40,920 nt of DNA from an uncultured Polaromonas sp. (GCA_964633095.1 CAZWDK010000002.1:8871-49790); one strand, 5' to 3'. Positions 30,045-40,451 are shown, counted from the stretch's first letter. Notes: generated by a model not told the origin, from the sequence alone. Made by a program: numbers and translations.

Positions 30045-30910
30045 GCGATTTGCGGCTTGCTGTCGGGCGCGATGACCGCGGCCAGTTCCTTGCCGAGGCC
30101 CTTGCGAAAGCGGTTCAGCTCCTGCACGCTCTTGAAGCTCTGGTTCATCAGCAGGCTCAGGTTGTGCAGGATGCGATCGACCACCTTGCCCTCCCACACC
30201 GCGTCGAACTTGATCTGGGTGTCCAGCCAGTGCTCCAGCCATTCGGGGTTGGGCAGGCGGCTCTGGATGGTGTCGCGCGGGAACAGGTTCTTGTTCACAT
30301 GCAGGTTGGTCGGGTGCAGGGCCTGCGCCGTGCGCCGTGCGCTGGCCATCAGCACGCCGACCTTGGTGAAGGCGGTCTTCGCCTCGTTGCCGAAGTTGTT
30401 GATGGCGCGCTTCATGTAGCGCAGGTAGGCACCGCCGTGGCGCGCTTCATCCTGGCTGAGCTGGGTGTAAATCTGCTTGATGACCGGCTCGGTATGCCAT
30501 TCGCTGGCGCGGCGGTACCAGTGGTTCAGGCGGATCTCGCCGCAAAAATGCAGCATCAGGGTTTCCAGCGCCGGCGCCGGCTCGAACTCGAAACGCACCT
30601 CGTGCAGTTCCTGCTCGGTCGGGGCCAGGTCGGGGCGAAAGCGCCTGAGGTATTCCATCAGCACCAGCGAGTGCTTTTGCTCTTCAAAAAACCAGATCGA
30701 CATGAAGGCGGAAAAATCGCTGTCGTCCTTGTTGTCGCGCAAAAACATTTCCGTGGCGGGCAGCGCCGACCATTCGGTGATGGCATTCATCTTGATGGTC
30801 TGGGCCTGCTCGTCAGACAGCTTGGAGGCATCAAAACTGGCCCAGGGAATGTCCTTGTCCATGTCCCAGCGGACGGATTCGAGTTGTTTGAACAGTTCGG
30901 GGTAAAGCAT
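30041..30910 (-). CDS. Ferritin-like di-iron carboxylate protein (acyl-ACP desaturase-like fold)
   Basis: AITEWSALP...FEEQKH...CGEIRL...QDEARH, the paired E / ExxH ligand pattern; AGGAG RBS upstream of ATG 30910. Confidence 0.85.
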   Translation of the reverse strand: MLYPELFKQLESVRWDMDKDIPWASFDASKLSDEQAQTIKMNAITEWSALPATEMFLRDNKDDSDFSAFMSIWFFEEQKHSLVLMEYLRRFRPDLAPTEQELHEVRFEFEPAPALETLMLHFCGEIRLNHWYRRASEWHTEPVIKQIYTQLSQDEARHGGAYLRYMKRAINNFGNEAKTAFTKVGVLMASARRTAQALHPTNLHVNKNLFPRDTIQSRLPNPEWLEHWLDTQIKFDAVWEGKVVDRILHNLSLLMNQSFKSVQELNRFRKGLGKELAAVIAPDSKPQIA

Positions 30911-31142
30911 AGGAACTCCTTGGCAAGCGGGTACGCAGGGAAATCTGCCTCGGATGTCCTGCCGGCCCATCCTGGGTACTAGCACGATTTTAGGCGGCGA
31001 ATGTGACAGCCGGTGACTGGCCGGCGCTTTACCCGCCAATCAAGCGGTTTCAGGGCGCTTGCCGAACCGGCGGGCTTGACCCCGGAGCAATCTGGGTGCA
31101 TGGTTAGGCCTGAGCCCCCCATGACCTGCCAGCGAGTCCCGC

Positions 31143-31757
31143 ATGCCCGCCTTCAGCCTTCAACCGCTATCGCGCTGGCGCCTGAGCGCGCTGCTGGTTG
31201 GCTGTGCACTGGCCGCCCCAGCGCTCGGGTCGGCCGCGCCGCCTGCCAGCCCGGTTGCACCGGCCGCCGCCTGCCCGGCCCTGCTGCAGCAGGACTTTTT
31301 GCGCCTGCAGGATGAAAAACCGCAGTCGCTGTGCCAGTACAGCGGCAAGGTCGTGGTCGTCGTCAACACCGCCAGCTTTTGCGGCTTCACGCCGCAATAC
31401 CAGGGCCTGGAAGCGCTCTATGCCCAGTACAGGGAACGCGGGCTGGTGGTGCTGGGTTTTCCCTCCAACGACTTTGCGCAGGAAACCGGCAGCAACAAGG
31501 AGATTGCGGATTTTTGCGAGAACACCTTTGGCGTGAAATTCCCGATGTTCACCAAAACCAGCGTGCGCGGCAAAGACGCCAACCCGCTGTTCAGGCAGCT
31601 GGCGGCCAAAACCGGCACGCCGCCGCGCTGGAACTTTTACAAATACGTGATCGCGCGCGATGGCGTCGGCGTCGTCAGCTTCAACTCCCTGGTCGGCCCG
31701 ACCAGCCGGCAATTTGTCAGCGAGATCGAGAAGCAGCTGGCCGCCCCCTCGGAATGA
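31143..31757 (+). CDS. Glutathione peroxidase family protein with N-terminal signal peptide
   Basis: VVNTASFCGFTPQY, LGFPSNDF, PRWNFYKY. Confidence 0.93.
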   Translation: MPAFSLQPLSRWRLSALLVGCALAAPALGSAAPPASPVAPAAACPALLQQDFLRLQDEKPQSLCQYSGKVVVVVNTASFCGFTPQYQGLEALYAQYRERGLVVLGFPSNDFAQETGSNKEIADFCENTFGVKFPMFTKTSVRGKDANPLFRQLAAKTGTPPRWNFYKYVIARDGVGVVSFNSLVGPTSRQFVSEIEKQLAAPSE

Positions 31758-31799
31758 AAGACGGGTTTGCCATGACCCCTGGTCGCGTTAACAAAAATT

Positions 31800-32015
31800 T
31801 ACCGAGTGAATCGCGTGCGTGGGGGAACTACCGTCAGCGCGCGGCTCTCTTACCAGCAGAGCCGGCAAGGTTTGTTCGCGTCGGCGAGCACCGGCAAAAC
31901 AACAGTTTCATTGCTGCGAAGCCTTCTGAGCCGTCTTGGTTCGGATGCAATCCCGGGGCGCTCCTCCTCCTCCCTCCCTCCCTCGTTCGCGTCGGGGCGC
32001 TTCGCGGCATTTTTA
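31800..32015 (+). ncRNA. Candidate CU-rich small RNA
   Basis: Several hairpins; CTCCTCCTCCTCCCTCCCTCCCTC tract (31961-31984) enclosed by a GC stem; ends GCATTTTT; 5' end unknown. Confidence 0.45.
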
Positions 32016-32034
32016 TCTTCCAGGGCGACGGTTC

Positions 32035-32095
32035 GCTATTGTTTTAATAGCTGGCTGCGCTCTCGGCCATTGGGCCAGGGCCGGTTTTAACCCTC
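32035..32095 (+). repeat. Family-2 repeat copy D (intergenic)
   Basis: GCTAT-TGTTTTA-ATAGC at 32035-32051 followed by TGGCTGCGCTCTCGGCCATTGGGCCAGGGCCGGTTTTAAC. Confidence 0.75.
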
Positions 32096-32100
32096 AAGTA

Positions 32101-32715
32101 TCAGCTCGGCTTGGTTTCCAGGAAGCTGGGGCGTTGCGCCAATTTCTCCTGCAGCTTGGCCAGGTTGGGGTAGCTGCCGCGCCAGTCGATCTGGGGAAAG
32201 CGCAGGTCCAGATAGCCCAGCGCGCAACCGACCGCCACATCCGACAGGCTCAGGTGGATGCCGCTGCAAAAGGCCTTGTCGCCCAGCCCCGTGCTCATGG
32301 CCTTCAGCGCCGCGTGGATTTTGCCCGTCTGGCGCGCAATCCAGGCCTCGCTGCGCTCCTGCTCGCCGCGGCCGGCCCAGGTGGCCTCCAGCCGGACCAG
32401 GATGGCGGCGTCCAGCAAGCCATCGGCCAGCGCTTCCCAGGTCTTGACCTCGGCCCGCTCACGGCCCTGCGCGGGAATCAGCTTGCCCACCGGTGACAGG
32501 GTGTCCAGGTATTCCACGATCACGCGCGAGTCAAACAAGGCTTCGCCGCCCTCCATGATCAGGCAAGGCACTTTGCCGAGCGGGTTGGAGGCGGCAATGG
32601 TGGTATGGGCAGCCCAGACATCTTCCAGGATGAACTGGTAGTCGAGCTTTTTCTCAGCCATGACGATGCGCACTTTGCGCGCATAGGGGCTGGTGGCGGA
32701 TCCGATGAGTTTCAT
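32101..32715 (-). CDS. Glutathione S-transferase family protein
   Basis: SATSPYARKV, NPLGKVPCL, LFDSRVIVEYLD, SLSDVA. Confidence 0.93.
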   Translation of the reverse strand: MKLIGSATSPYARKVRIVMAEKKLDYQFILEDVWAAHTTIAASNPLGKVPCLIMEGGEALFDSRVIVEYLDTLSPVGKLIPAQGRERAEVKTWEALADGLLDAAILVRLEATWAGRGEQERSEAWIARQTGKIHAALKAMSTGLGDKAFCSGIHLSLSDVAVGCALGYLDLRFPQIDWRGSYPNLAKLQEKLAQRPSFLETKPS

Positions 32716-32741
32716 GGTGAGGGTGTAATCGTGGTCCGTAG

Positions 32742-34211
<1,470 letters not shown>

Positions 34212-34223
34212 AAAGCACTCGGG

Positions 34224-34244
34224 CGCGGGCCGAGACGGCCCGCG
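34224..34244. terminator. Hairpin between convergent purB and the DUF2007-like gene
   Basis: CGCGGGCCG-AGA-CGGCCCGCG perfect 9-bp stem; an A run lies about 10 bp to the left. Confidence 0.5.
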
Positions 34245-34559
34245 TCATCTTTGGGCCTGTGGCGGCATATCGGCGCCGCAGCGCCAGCACTGCTCAAACC
34301 CGCCTTCGACGATTTCCCCGCAGCCGCAGCGCCAGCGCCGCTGCGGCCGGTTTTGCAGCGCGTGCAACAAGGCCTGTGCACGGGCCTCATCCTCGTCATG
34401 CGTGAGCCAGACCTCGGGCTGGCACTGGTCGGGCGGCAGTTCGCCGGCGATGGCGCCCAGAAAGTAACGCTGCACGCTGGCAGCGATGCCGGCCTGCTGC
34501 AGGGCGTCGGCCCACAGCGCGGCGATGGCGATGTTGGGGGCACGGGTCAGTCGGCGCAT
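34245..34559 (-). CDS. DUF2007-like protein with C-terminal zinc-ribbon-like motif
   Basis: LWADALQQAGIAASVQ...GELP...PEVWL; WRCGCGE...CWRCG. Confidence 0.75.
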   Translation of the reverse strand: MRRLTRAPNIAIAALWADALQQAGIAASVQRYFLGAIAGELPPDQCQPEVWLTHDEDEARAQALLHALQNRPQRRWRCGCGEIVEGGFEQCWRCGADMPPQAQR

Positions 34560-34590
34560 GGCCTCAGTGTAGCGCCAGCGGCGGCAATAC

Positions 34591-34651
34591 GCTCCCGAAT
34601 TGATAGCTGGTTGCACCCGATTTCATTGGGCCGGAAGCAAAAATCATGCAC
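34591..34651 (+). repeat. Family-2 repeat copy E (intergenic)
   Basis: GCTCC-CGAATTG-ATAGC at 34591-34607 followed by TGGTTGCACCCGATTTCATTGGGCCGGAAGCAAAAATCAT. Confidence 0.65.
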
Positions 34652-34686
34652 ATTCCCGGCCCTTAGGGCGGCGGCAGCGGGCCATG

Positions 34687-35100
34687 TCAGCCCCTGTTCT
34701 CCAGCGCGCGGTCGGCGTAGCGGCCAAAGCGCCAGGCGCTGGCCTCCAGGGTGATGCGGCGCCAGGTGCTGCGCTTTTCCGCCGGCGTCATGGAAGGCCA
34801 GTGCTGGACCTCGTCAAAGCTGCGGCCGCAACCCTTGCACAACTCGTCACCCTGGCTGGTCGAGCAGATGGCGATGCAGGGCGTGTCGGCCGTGCTCTCG
34901 TACCAGTCGGTCCAGGCCGCCAGCGCGGCGGCCGGAAAGCCGTGTTCGTCGGCGAGGTCCTCATGGTAGAAAACCATGAGGGCATAGACCTCGGCCAGGG
35001 CACGCAGTTCGGGCGCCAGCGTCACGCCGTCGGGGGAGGGAGTTTTCTCACGCCAGTAATTGATGGCGGCTTCGATGTCGGTGATGTGGATGCCGGGCAT
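34687..35100 (-). CDS. DUF3717-like N-terminus fused to a Cys-rich DUF1289-like domain
   Basis: IHITDIEAAINYWR; TPCIAICST...CKGCGRSFDEVQHW. Confidence 0.75.
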   Translation of the reverse strand: MPGIHITDIEAAINYWREKTPSPDGVTLAPELRALAEVYALMVFYHEDLADEHGFPAAALAAWTDWYESTADTPCIAICSTSQGDELCKGCGRSFDEVQHWPSMTPAEKRSTWRRITLEASAWRFGRYADRALENRG

Positions 35101-35450
35101 GGGGAAAGCGGAAGGCGAAGAGGCGAGGTCTGCGCGCTGAACAGGACGCAAGGGCTGGGCCGGTCATTATCGGCCAGACGCCCGCCGCGCTCGCCGCCCG
35201 GCCCCAAATGCCGGACCGATGGCAAGGATTCGGCCCCTCCGCGGGCCCGGCACCAGCGCATTGACGGCCACAGGGGTCAGACATGCAGGGGCTGGTGGGA
35301 GGTGACGGGGAGGCGGCTGCGGCGCCGCCTGTAAGGCTGAGGCCGTCACAGCGCCGCCCGGCCAGCTGGCCAGGCAGGCAGGAGCGATGTCAGCCATCAT
35401 CTGCTGGGTGAGCGTTGCGCCTGACCAGCAAGATGGGCCTCATGCAGGCT

Positions 35451-36908
35451 TCAGACCGGTCTTGCAGCGGTGGCATTGCTCACCGCGGCATCGGTTGGCT
35501 CATTGTCCGCCGTGTCACCCATGGGGCGGCCGAAAGTTTCCGGTGCAAACTGCACGCTCAACGCAAACACCCCGTACATCCCGGCCAGCAGGGTGAACAT
35601 GCCGCCGATTCCGTACGACTGGAACACCTGGCCACTCAGCAGCGGCGTCAAGGCACCCGCCAGCGTACCCAGCGCCAGGATCATGGACGTGCCGAAGGCG
35701 CGCACATGGGTCGGATACTGTTCCGGTGCAAAAATCCAGATCGAGGTATTGAGAAGCACCACACAGAAGGTGAATGACGCCCCGAACAACAGCACCAGCG
35801 CCACGTTGGAGGTGAGGAAAGCGAAGCACAAACCGGCCGCGCAGGCCAGTCCCGCACCGAGGGTCAGCACGCGCTTGCGCGGGAAGTGATAGCCGCAATA
35901 GGAAGCCGCCAGCGCACCGAACAGGCTGCCGCTTTGCATCACCATCGTAAAGAGCAAACTCTTCGAGATGGTGTAGCCTTGGGCGATCAGGATGGTGGGC
36001 ATCAGCGTCAGCACCGAAATCTGGGCGCCGTAGGTCATCGAAACCGCAACGCCAAGAGCGATCGTGCGACGTTTCAACCGTCCCGAAAACAGCTCGCGCA
36101 CGCTCTCCAGAAAACTCATTTTTTTGTGCGCGGTGTCCTCTTGGGCCCAGGCCTTGACATAGGTCTTTGGTTGACCCTCCAGTTTGCCCAGTCGTCCCGA
36201 AGCCAGGATGGACAACACGCGGTTGGCTTCGTCGACTTTGCCTTTCGACAACAGGAAACGCGGGGTCTCCGGAATAAAGCGCCGGTAGAACACCACGAAG
36301 AAAACCGGCACGACCAGGCAGCCGAACAGCCAGCGCCAGCTGTCCGGTCCCGGGAACATGGCAAAGACAGCTAAACCGAAGGCCGGCGCCAGCATATTGC
36401 CCAGCCCGCCGCTCCCCACGCTGACCAGGCCCACCGCGGTACCGCGAAAGCGGGTAGAGCACAGCTCGGCCAGCATCGTGACGGCAATGGAAATCTCCCC
36501 GCCCAGGCCGATGCCAACAATGAACCGGCCCGCTGCCAATACCGTGTAATTCGGTGCGAGGGCACAAATGATCGCGCCCAACGTGAACAGCAGCAAGTTG
36601 GCGCTCAGCATCGTGCGCCGGCCGTAGCGGTCGGCGATATAGCCCGAGGCGATGCGCCCGAATGCGGCGGCACTGAAGGTCAGGGTATTGAGGAAACCTA
36701 TTTGTGCGACCGAAATGCCCCATTGCTCGCGCAACATGGGTCCGACCAATCCCACGGCGTTCTGTTCGAATACATCGAACATCACACCGAGCATGATCAT
36801 GAAGATGATTTTTTTATGAGAAGCCGTTACGCCGATACCGTCCATCGCCCGATCAAGCTCATGCTGCTGCGGGGATTTCGACGTTTGAGTCAATATTTCT
36901 GCACCCAT
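35451..36908 (-). CDS. MFS transporter (aromatic-acid/organic-solute type)
   Basis: Motif A GYIADRYGRR, GRFIVGIGLGGE, IPETPRFL, APEQYPTHVRA; AGGAG RBS upstream of ATG 36908. Confidence 0.9.
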   Translation of the reverse strand: MGAEILTQTSKSPQQHELDRAMDGIGVTASHKKIIFMIMLGVMFDVFEQNAVGLVGPMLREQWGISVAQIGFLNTLTFSAAAFGRIASGYIADRYGRRTMLSANLLLFTLGAIICALAPNYTVLAAGRFIVGIGLGGEISIAVTMLAELCSTRFRGTAVGLVSVGSGGLGNMLAPAFGLAVFAMFPGPDSWRWLFGCLVVPVFFVVFYRRFIPETPRFLLSKGKVDEANRVLSILASGRLGKLEGQPKTYVKAWAQEDTAHKKMSFLESVRELFSGRLKRRTIALGVAVSMTYGAQISVLTLMPTILIAQGYTISKSLLFTMVMQSGSLFGALAASYCGYHFPRKRVLTLGAGLACAAGLCFAFLTSNVALVLLFGASFTFCVVLLNTSIWIFAPEQYPTHVRAFGTSMILALGTLAGALTPLLSGQVFQSYGIGGMFTLLAGMYGVFALSVQFAPETFGRPMGDTADNEPTDAAVSNATAARPV

Positions 36909-37138
36909 GTTGTCTCCTGTAGGTTGGGGGGCCGCCGAGGTGTGCCTCGGACTGTTTGTCACGGGAATCGTTTCGTGTTTCAAGCTCTGCCATGAAGATT
37001 CCCCTTGCGTTGCTCACTCCAATGCCGGCGCTGCATGCGGGGCCTTGCGTGCCTGGATGGCTTGTCAACTAGCTGCGGTGTCGAAGGGACATGACTAACT
37101 CCTTAGCGTGGGTTGGAACTGCGAAAGCCTGGCAAAGC

Positions 37139-37169
37139 GGCGGGACCGCACCGGCGCTGCGGTCCCGCC
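37139..37169 (-). terminator. 12-bp GC hairpin downstream of the aminotransferase gene
   Basis: GGCGGGACCGCA-CCGGCGC-TGCGGTCCCGCC; short T run on the minus strand. Confidence 0.45.
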
Positions 37170-37223
37170 ATACAAAATGGCGCTACGGCACCGGCAGACG
37201 CGCCCCACCGCAGCATGAGGCGC

Positions 37224-38444
37224 TCATTCCAGCGGATGCCTTGCGGTCGCTCGTGCGGTCGATTGCAGGTGCGCCATGGCCGCCACGACGCCGCTGCCCT
37301 GCAGCGCAACGCCGGCCAGTCGCAGGCCCATCTCGCAACCGCTCAGGGTCGCCATCAGCGTGAGGTCGTTGCACTCGCCGAGGTGGCCGATGCGGAACAT
37401 GCGGCCCTTCAGCTTGCCCAGGCCGGCGCCCAGCGACATGTTGAAGTGTTCATAGATCAGCTTGCGCACCCGGTCGGCATCCACGCCGTCGGGCATCATC
37501 ACGCCGGTGAGCACGGGGGAATGGCAGGCTTCCTCGACGCACTGGATCTCCAGGCCCCAGGCACGCACCGCTTGGCGGCAGGCGGCACCGAGTCGCAGGT
37601 GGCGTTCGAACACATTGTCCAGACCCTCTTCCAGAATCATGTCCATCGCCTCGGCCAGGCCGTAGAGCAGGTTGGTGTTGGGCGTGTAGGGCCAGTAGCC
37701 GGTGCCGTTCATCTCGACGATCTCGTCCCAGGCCCAGAAGGACTTGGGCAGCCTGGCGACGCGGCTGGCGGCAAGGGCCTTGGGCGACAGCGCGTTGAAG
37801 CTGATGCCGGGCGGCAGCATCAGGCCCTTTTGCGAACCGCTGACGGTGACGTCCACGCCCCATTCGTCGTGGCGGTAGTCGGCCGAGGCCAGGCCGGAGA
37901 TGGTGTCGACCATCAGCAGCGCCGGGTGCCTGGCCCGGTCGATGGCGCGGCGCACGGCGGCGATGTCCGTCGTCACGCCGGTGGAGGTCTCGTTGTGCAC
38001 CACGCACACCGCCTTGATGCGATGAGCGCTGTCCGCCTGGAGACGTTTCTCAATGAGATCGGCCTGCACGCCGCGCCGCCAGCCCTCGATGCCTGGCAGC
38101 CCGAGGAACTCGGGCTCCAGCCCCAGGCGCTCGGCCATTTTTTTCCAGAGCGAGGCGAAGTGGCCGGTTTCGTACATCAGCACCGCGTCGCCCGGGCTCA
38201 GTGTGTTGACCAGGGCGGCCTCCCAGGCGCCGGTGCCCGAGGCCGGATAAATCACCACGGGATGCTGGGTCTTGAAGATGGTACGGATGCCGGCCAGCAC
38301 CTGCCGGCCCAGCGCACCGAACTCGGGACCGCGGTGGTCTATGGTCGGATAGCTGATTGCCCGCAGGATGCGGTCGGGAACCGGGCTGGGGCCGGGGATT
38401 TGCAGGAAGTGGCGGCCGGCAGGATGAAAGTTCAGGTTTGGCAT
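37224..38444 (-). CDS. Class V PLP aminotransferase (serine/alanine--glyoxylate aminotransferase family)
   Basis: GRHFLQIPGP, SGTGAWEAAL, VHNETSTGV, VDTISGL, PLP lysine in GSQKGL, FRIGHLG; AGGAG RBS upstream of ATG 38444. Confidence 0.92.
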   Translation of the reverse strand: MPNLNFHPAGRHFLQIPGPSPVPDRILRAISYPTIDHRGPEFGALGRQVLAGIRTIFKTQHPVVIYPASGTGAWEAALVNTLSPGDAVLMYETGHFASLWKKMAERLGLEPEFLGLPGIEGWRRGVQADLIEKRLQADSAHRIKAVCVVHNETSTGVTTDIAAVRRAIDRARHPALLMVDTISGLASADYRHDEWGVDVTVSGSQKGLMLPPGISFNALSPKALAASRVARLPKSFWAWDEIVEMNGTGYWPYTPNTNLLYGLAEAMDMILEEGLDNVFERHLRLGAACRQAVRAWGLEIQCVEEACHSPVLTGVMMPDGVDADRVRKLIYEHFNMSLGAGLGKLKGRMFRIGHLGECNDLTLMATLSGCEMGLRLAGVALQGSGVVAAMAHLQSTARATARHPLE

Positions 38445-38463
38445 GTCAGTGGTAGCTCCTTTG

Positions 38464-38555
38464 TTGGTATACAAAATACAATAGGCCGAATATTGCCATG
38501 CAAAAAACCCAAACGATCTAGTGATTAACCCGAATTTTGAATACATAATGCAAAT
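38464..38555. promoter_or_regulatory. Divergent promoter region with repeated putative GntR operator
   Basis: ATACAAAATACAA (38469-38481) and ATACATAATGCAA (38541-38553) match at 11/13; GTATAC palindrome. Confidence 0.45.
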
Positions 38556-39249
38556 CATGGACAAGGTTTTGGATACAGGAATCGAAGTCGCCCGCGACAC
38601 TCTTCAGCAGCGAGTGGCGATCCGGCTGCGCGAACTGCTGATCCAGGGCGTGCTCGCGCCAGGCGCCAAACTCAATGAGCGCGAACTGTGCGAGCGCCTC
38701 GGTGTTTCGCGCACGCCGCTGCGCGAGGCGATTCGCCTGTTGGCGGCCGAAGGCCTGATCACGCTGGACCCCGGCCGCGGCGCCTTCGCCCCCGTGTTCT
38801 CACTGGCCGATGTCGCCCACACCTTCGATGTGCTCGCCGTGCTGGAAGGCCTGGCCGCCGAGCTGGCCGCCAGCCAGATCACCGAAGCCGAGCTGGAAGA
38901 ACTGCAGGGGCTGCAGCTTGAAATGCAGAGCGCCTTCGAGCGCCACGACCTGCCTCACTACTACCGGGCCAATGCCCGCACCCACGAGCTGCTGAGCGCC
39001 GCGTCGCGCAACCCGGTGCTGCGCGCGACCTGGCAGCAACTCAATGCCCGCATGCACGCGCTGCGCTTTCGCTCCAACCAGGATGAGATCAAGTGGGCCC
39101 AGGCGCTGCAGGAGCACGCGCACATCCTCGAGGCGCTGCAGGCGCGCGATGGCCCGGCGCTGCGGGACTTGCTGGTGCATCACCTGCGCCGCAAGCGGGA
39201 CGCGGTGCTGGAGCAGTTGGCCAGCGCGCAGGCGGGCAAAGCAGCCTGA
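38548..39249 (+). CDS. GntR family regulator (FCD domain)
   Basis: PGAKLNERELCERLGVSRTPLREAIRLLAAEGL; ASRNPVL, EHAHIL; start uncertain (38521/38548/38557). Confidence 0.93.
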   Translation: MQIMDKVLDTGIEVARDTLQQRVAIRLRELLIQGVLAPGAKLNERELCERLGVSRTPLREAIRLLAAEGLITLDPGRGAFAPVFSLADVAHTFDVLAVLEGLAAELAASQITEAELEELQGLQLEMQSAFERHDLPHYYRANARTHELLSAASRNPVLRATWQQLNARMHALRFRSNQDEIKWAQALQEHAHILEALQARDGPALRDLLVHHLRRKRDAVLEQLASAQAGKAA

Positions 39250-39337
39250 GCGACACCATCAGCTCCGCTCCCCACCGACAGGGCCGGGAATGACCCTGAT
39301 TTGCAAACCTGCCCCTTTTTATTGTCTAATGACGGAC

Positions 39338-39480
39338 CGAAGGGGAGTAACTCCCTGGTTTTGCTGCATTTTTAAATAACAGACAACCCAGCAAGATCGC
39401 TTCAGCAAGTCGTCAATACGAAGTTCACACTTCCGGCTTGTTGGGCATGCAGCGACACTGCATGCCGAGCCAGACCTTCG
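39338..39480 (+). promoter_or_regulatory. yybP-ykoY (Mn2+-sensing) riboswitch
   Basis: P1 CGAAGG/CCTTCG, GGGGAGTA at the 5' side, GTCGTCAATAC loop motif, CAGACC at the 3' side; upstream of a TerC gene, the established context for this riboswitch class. Confidence 0.85.
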
Positions 39481-39625
39481 ATTGAAACCTGTACAGGTTT
39501 GATCGAGGCGTTCGCGGCATTTTTCATCGTAGTCGCACCCCCACCCGACCTGTCCAGTTTCACAAAGCCGGAAATCCGCCTGCGGGATTTCCACGTCGAA
39601 ACTTGGGAATATTGGAGTGTGAACT

Positions 39626-40363
39626 ATGGAGTTATTTACAGCCCCCTGGTGGTCGGCCCTGCTGGCCATCATCCTGATTGATCTGGTGCTCGCCGGCGAC
39701 AACGCCATCGTGATTGCGCTGGCCGCGCGCAGCCTGCCGCCGAACCTGCAGAGAAAAGCCATTGTCTGGGGCACGGTAGGCGCGATTGTGGTCCGCTCGG
39801 CCATGACGGTGGGCGTGGTCTGGCTGCTGAAGATTCCCGGCCTGATGCTGGTCGGCGGCCTGGGCCTGCTGTGGATCGCCTACAAGCTGCTGGCCGACCA
39901 GGGCGATGGCGAGCATGACGGCCCGGTGGCCAGCAGCTTCTGGGGTGCCATGAAAACCATTGTCGTGGCCGACGCGCTGATGGGCATTGACAACGTGCTG
40001 GGGGTGGCCGGCGCCGCACATGGTTCATTTGACCTGGTCATCATCGGCCTGCTGGTGAGCGTGCCGATTGTGGTGTTTGGCAGCACCATGGTGCTCAAGC
40101 TGGTGGAACGTTTTCCCGTCATCATCCAGTTGGGCGCTGCCGTGCTGGCCTTCACCGCCGCCAAGATGATTGTGAGCGAGCAGCTGCTGGATCCGATTTA
40201 CGGTGGCCCGGCCGCCTTGTCATCGGCACAGACCCTGCATACCGCTGCCGAATGGGCCACTTATGCGCTGGCTGTGGTCGGTGTGCTGGGCGCTGGCTGG
40301 TGGGCCACCCGGCGCGGCAAATCCGGCAGCCCTGCGGGCGAACAAGACCTGATTGCACATTGA
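39626..40363 (+). CDS. TerC family membrane protein (probable Mn2+ homeostasis)
   Basis: IILIDLVLAGDNAIVIALA, IVVADALMGIDNVLGVAG; GGAG RBS. Confidence 0.93.
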   Translation: MELFTAPWWSALLAIILIDLVLAGDNAIVIALAARSLPPNLQRKAIVWGTVGAIVVRSAMTVGVVWLLKIPGLMLVGGLGLLWIAYKLLADQGDGEHDGPVASSFWGAMKTIVVADALMGIDNVLGVAGAAHGSFDLVIIGLLVSVPIVVFGSTMVLKLVERFPVIIQLGAAVLAFTAAKMIVSEQLLDPIYGGPAALSSAQTLHTAAEWATYALAVVGVLGAGWWATRRGKSGSPAGEQDLIAH

Positions 40364-40451
40364 AATGAAGCAGTCCAAGAGCCCCGAAAATTCCGGGCCT
40401 TTGGGGAACCCAGCCAGGTTTCGAGAAGGACGATAACTCAAGGAGAACTGT

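Noticed and set aside
31806-32090. 94-aa ORF across the CU-rich spacer
   Set aside because: Ser/Arg-rich, no RBS, runs through repeat D; a non-coding interpretation fits better.
35167-35400. 77-aa Pro/Ala-rich ORF in the 350-bp spacer
   Set aside because: No motifs or RBS; I cannot support either a gene or a pseudogene.
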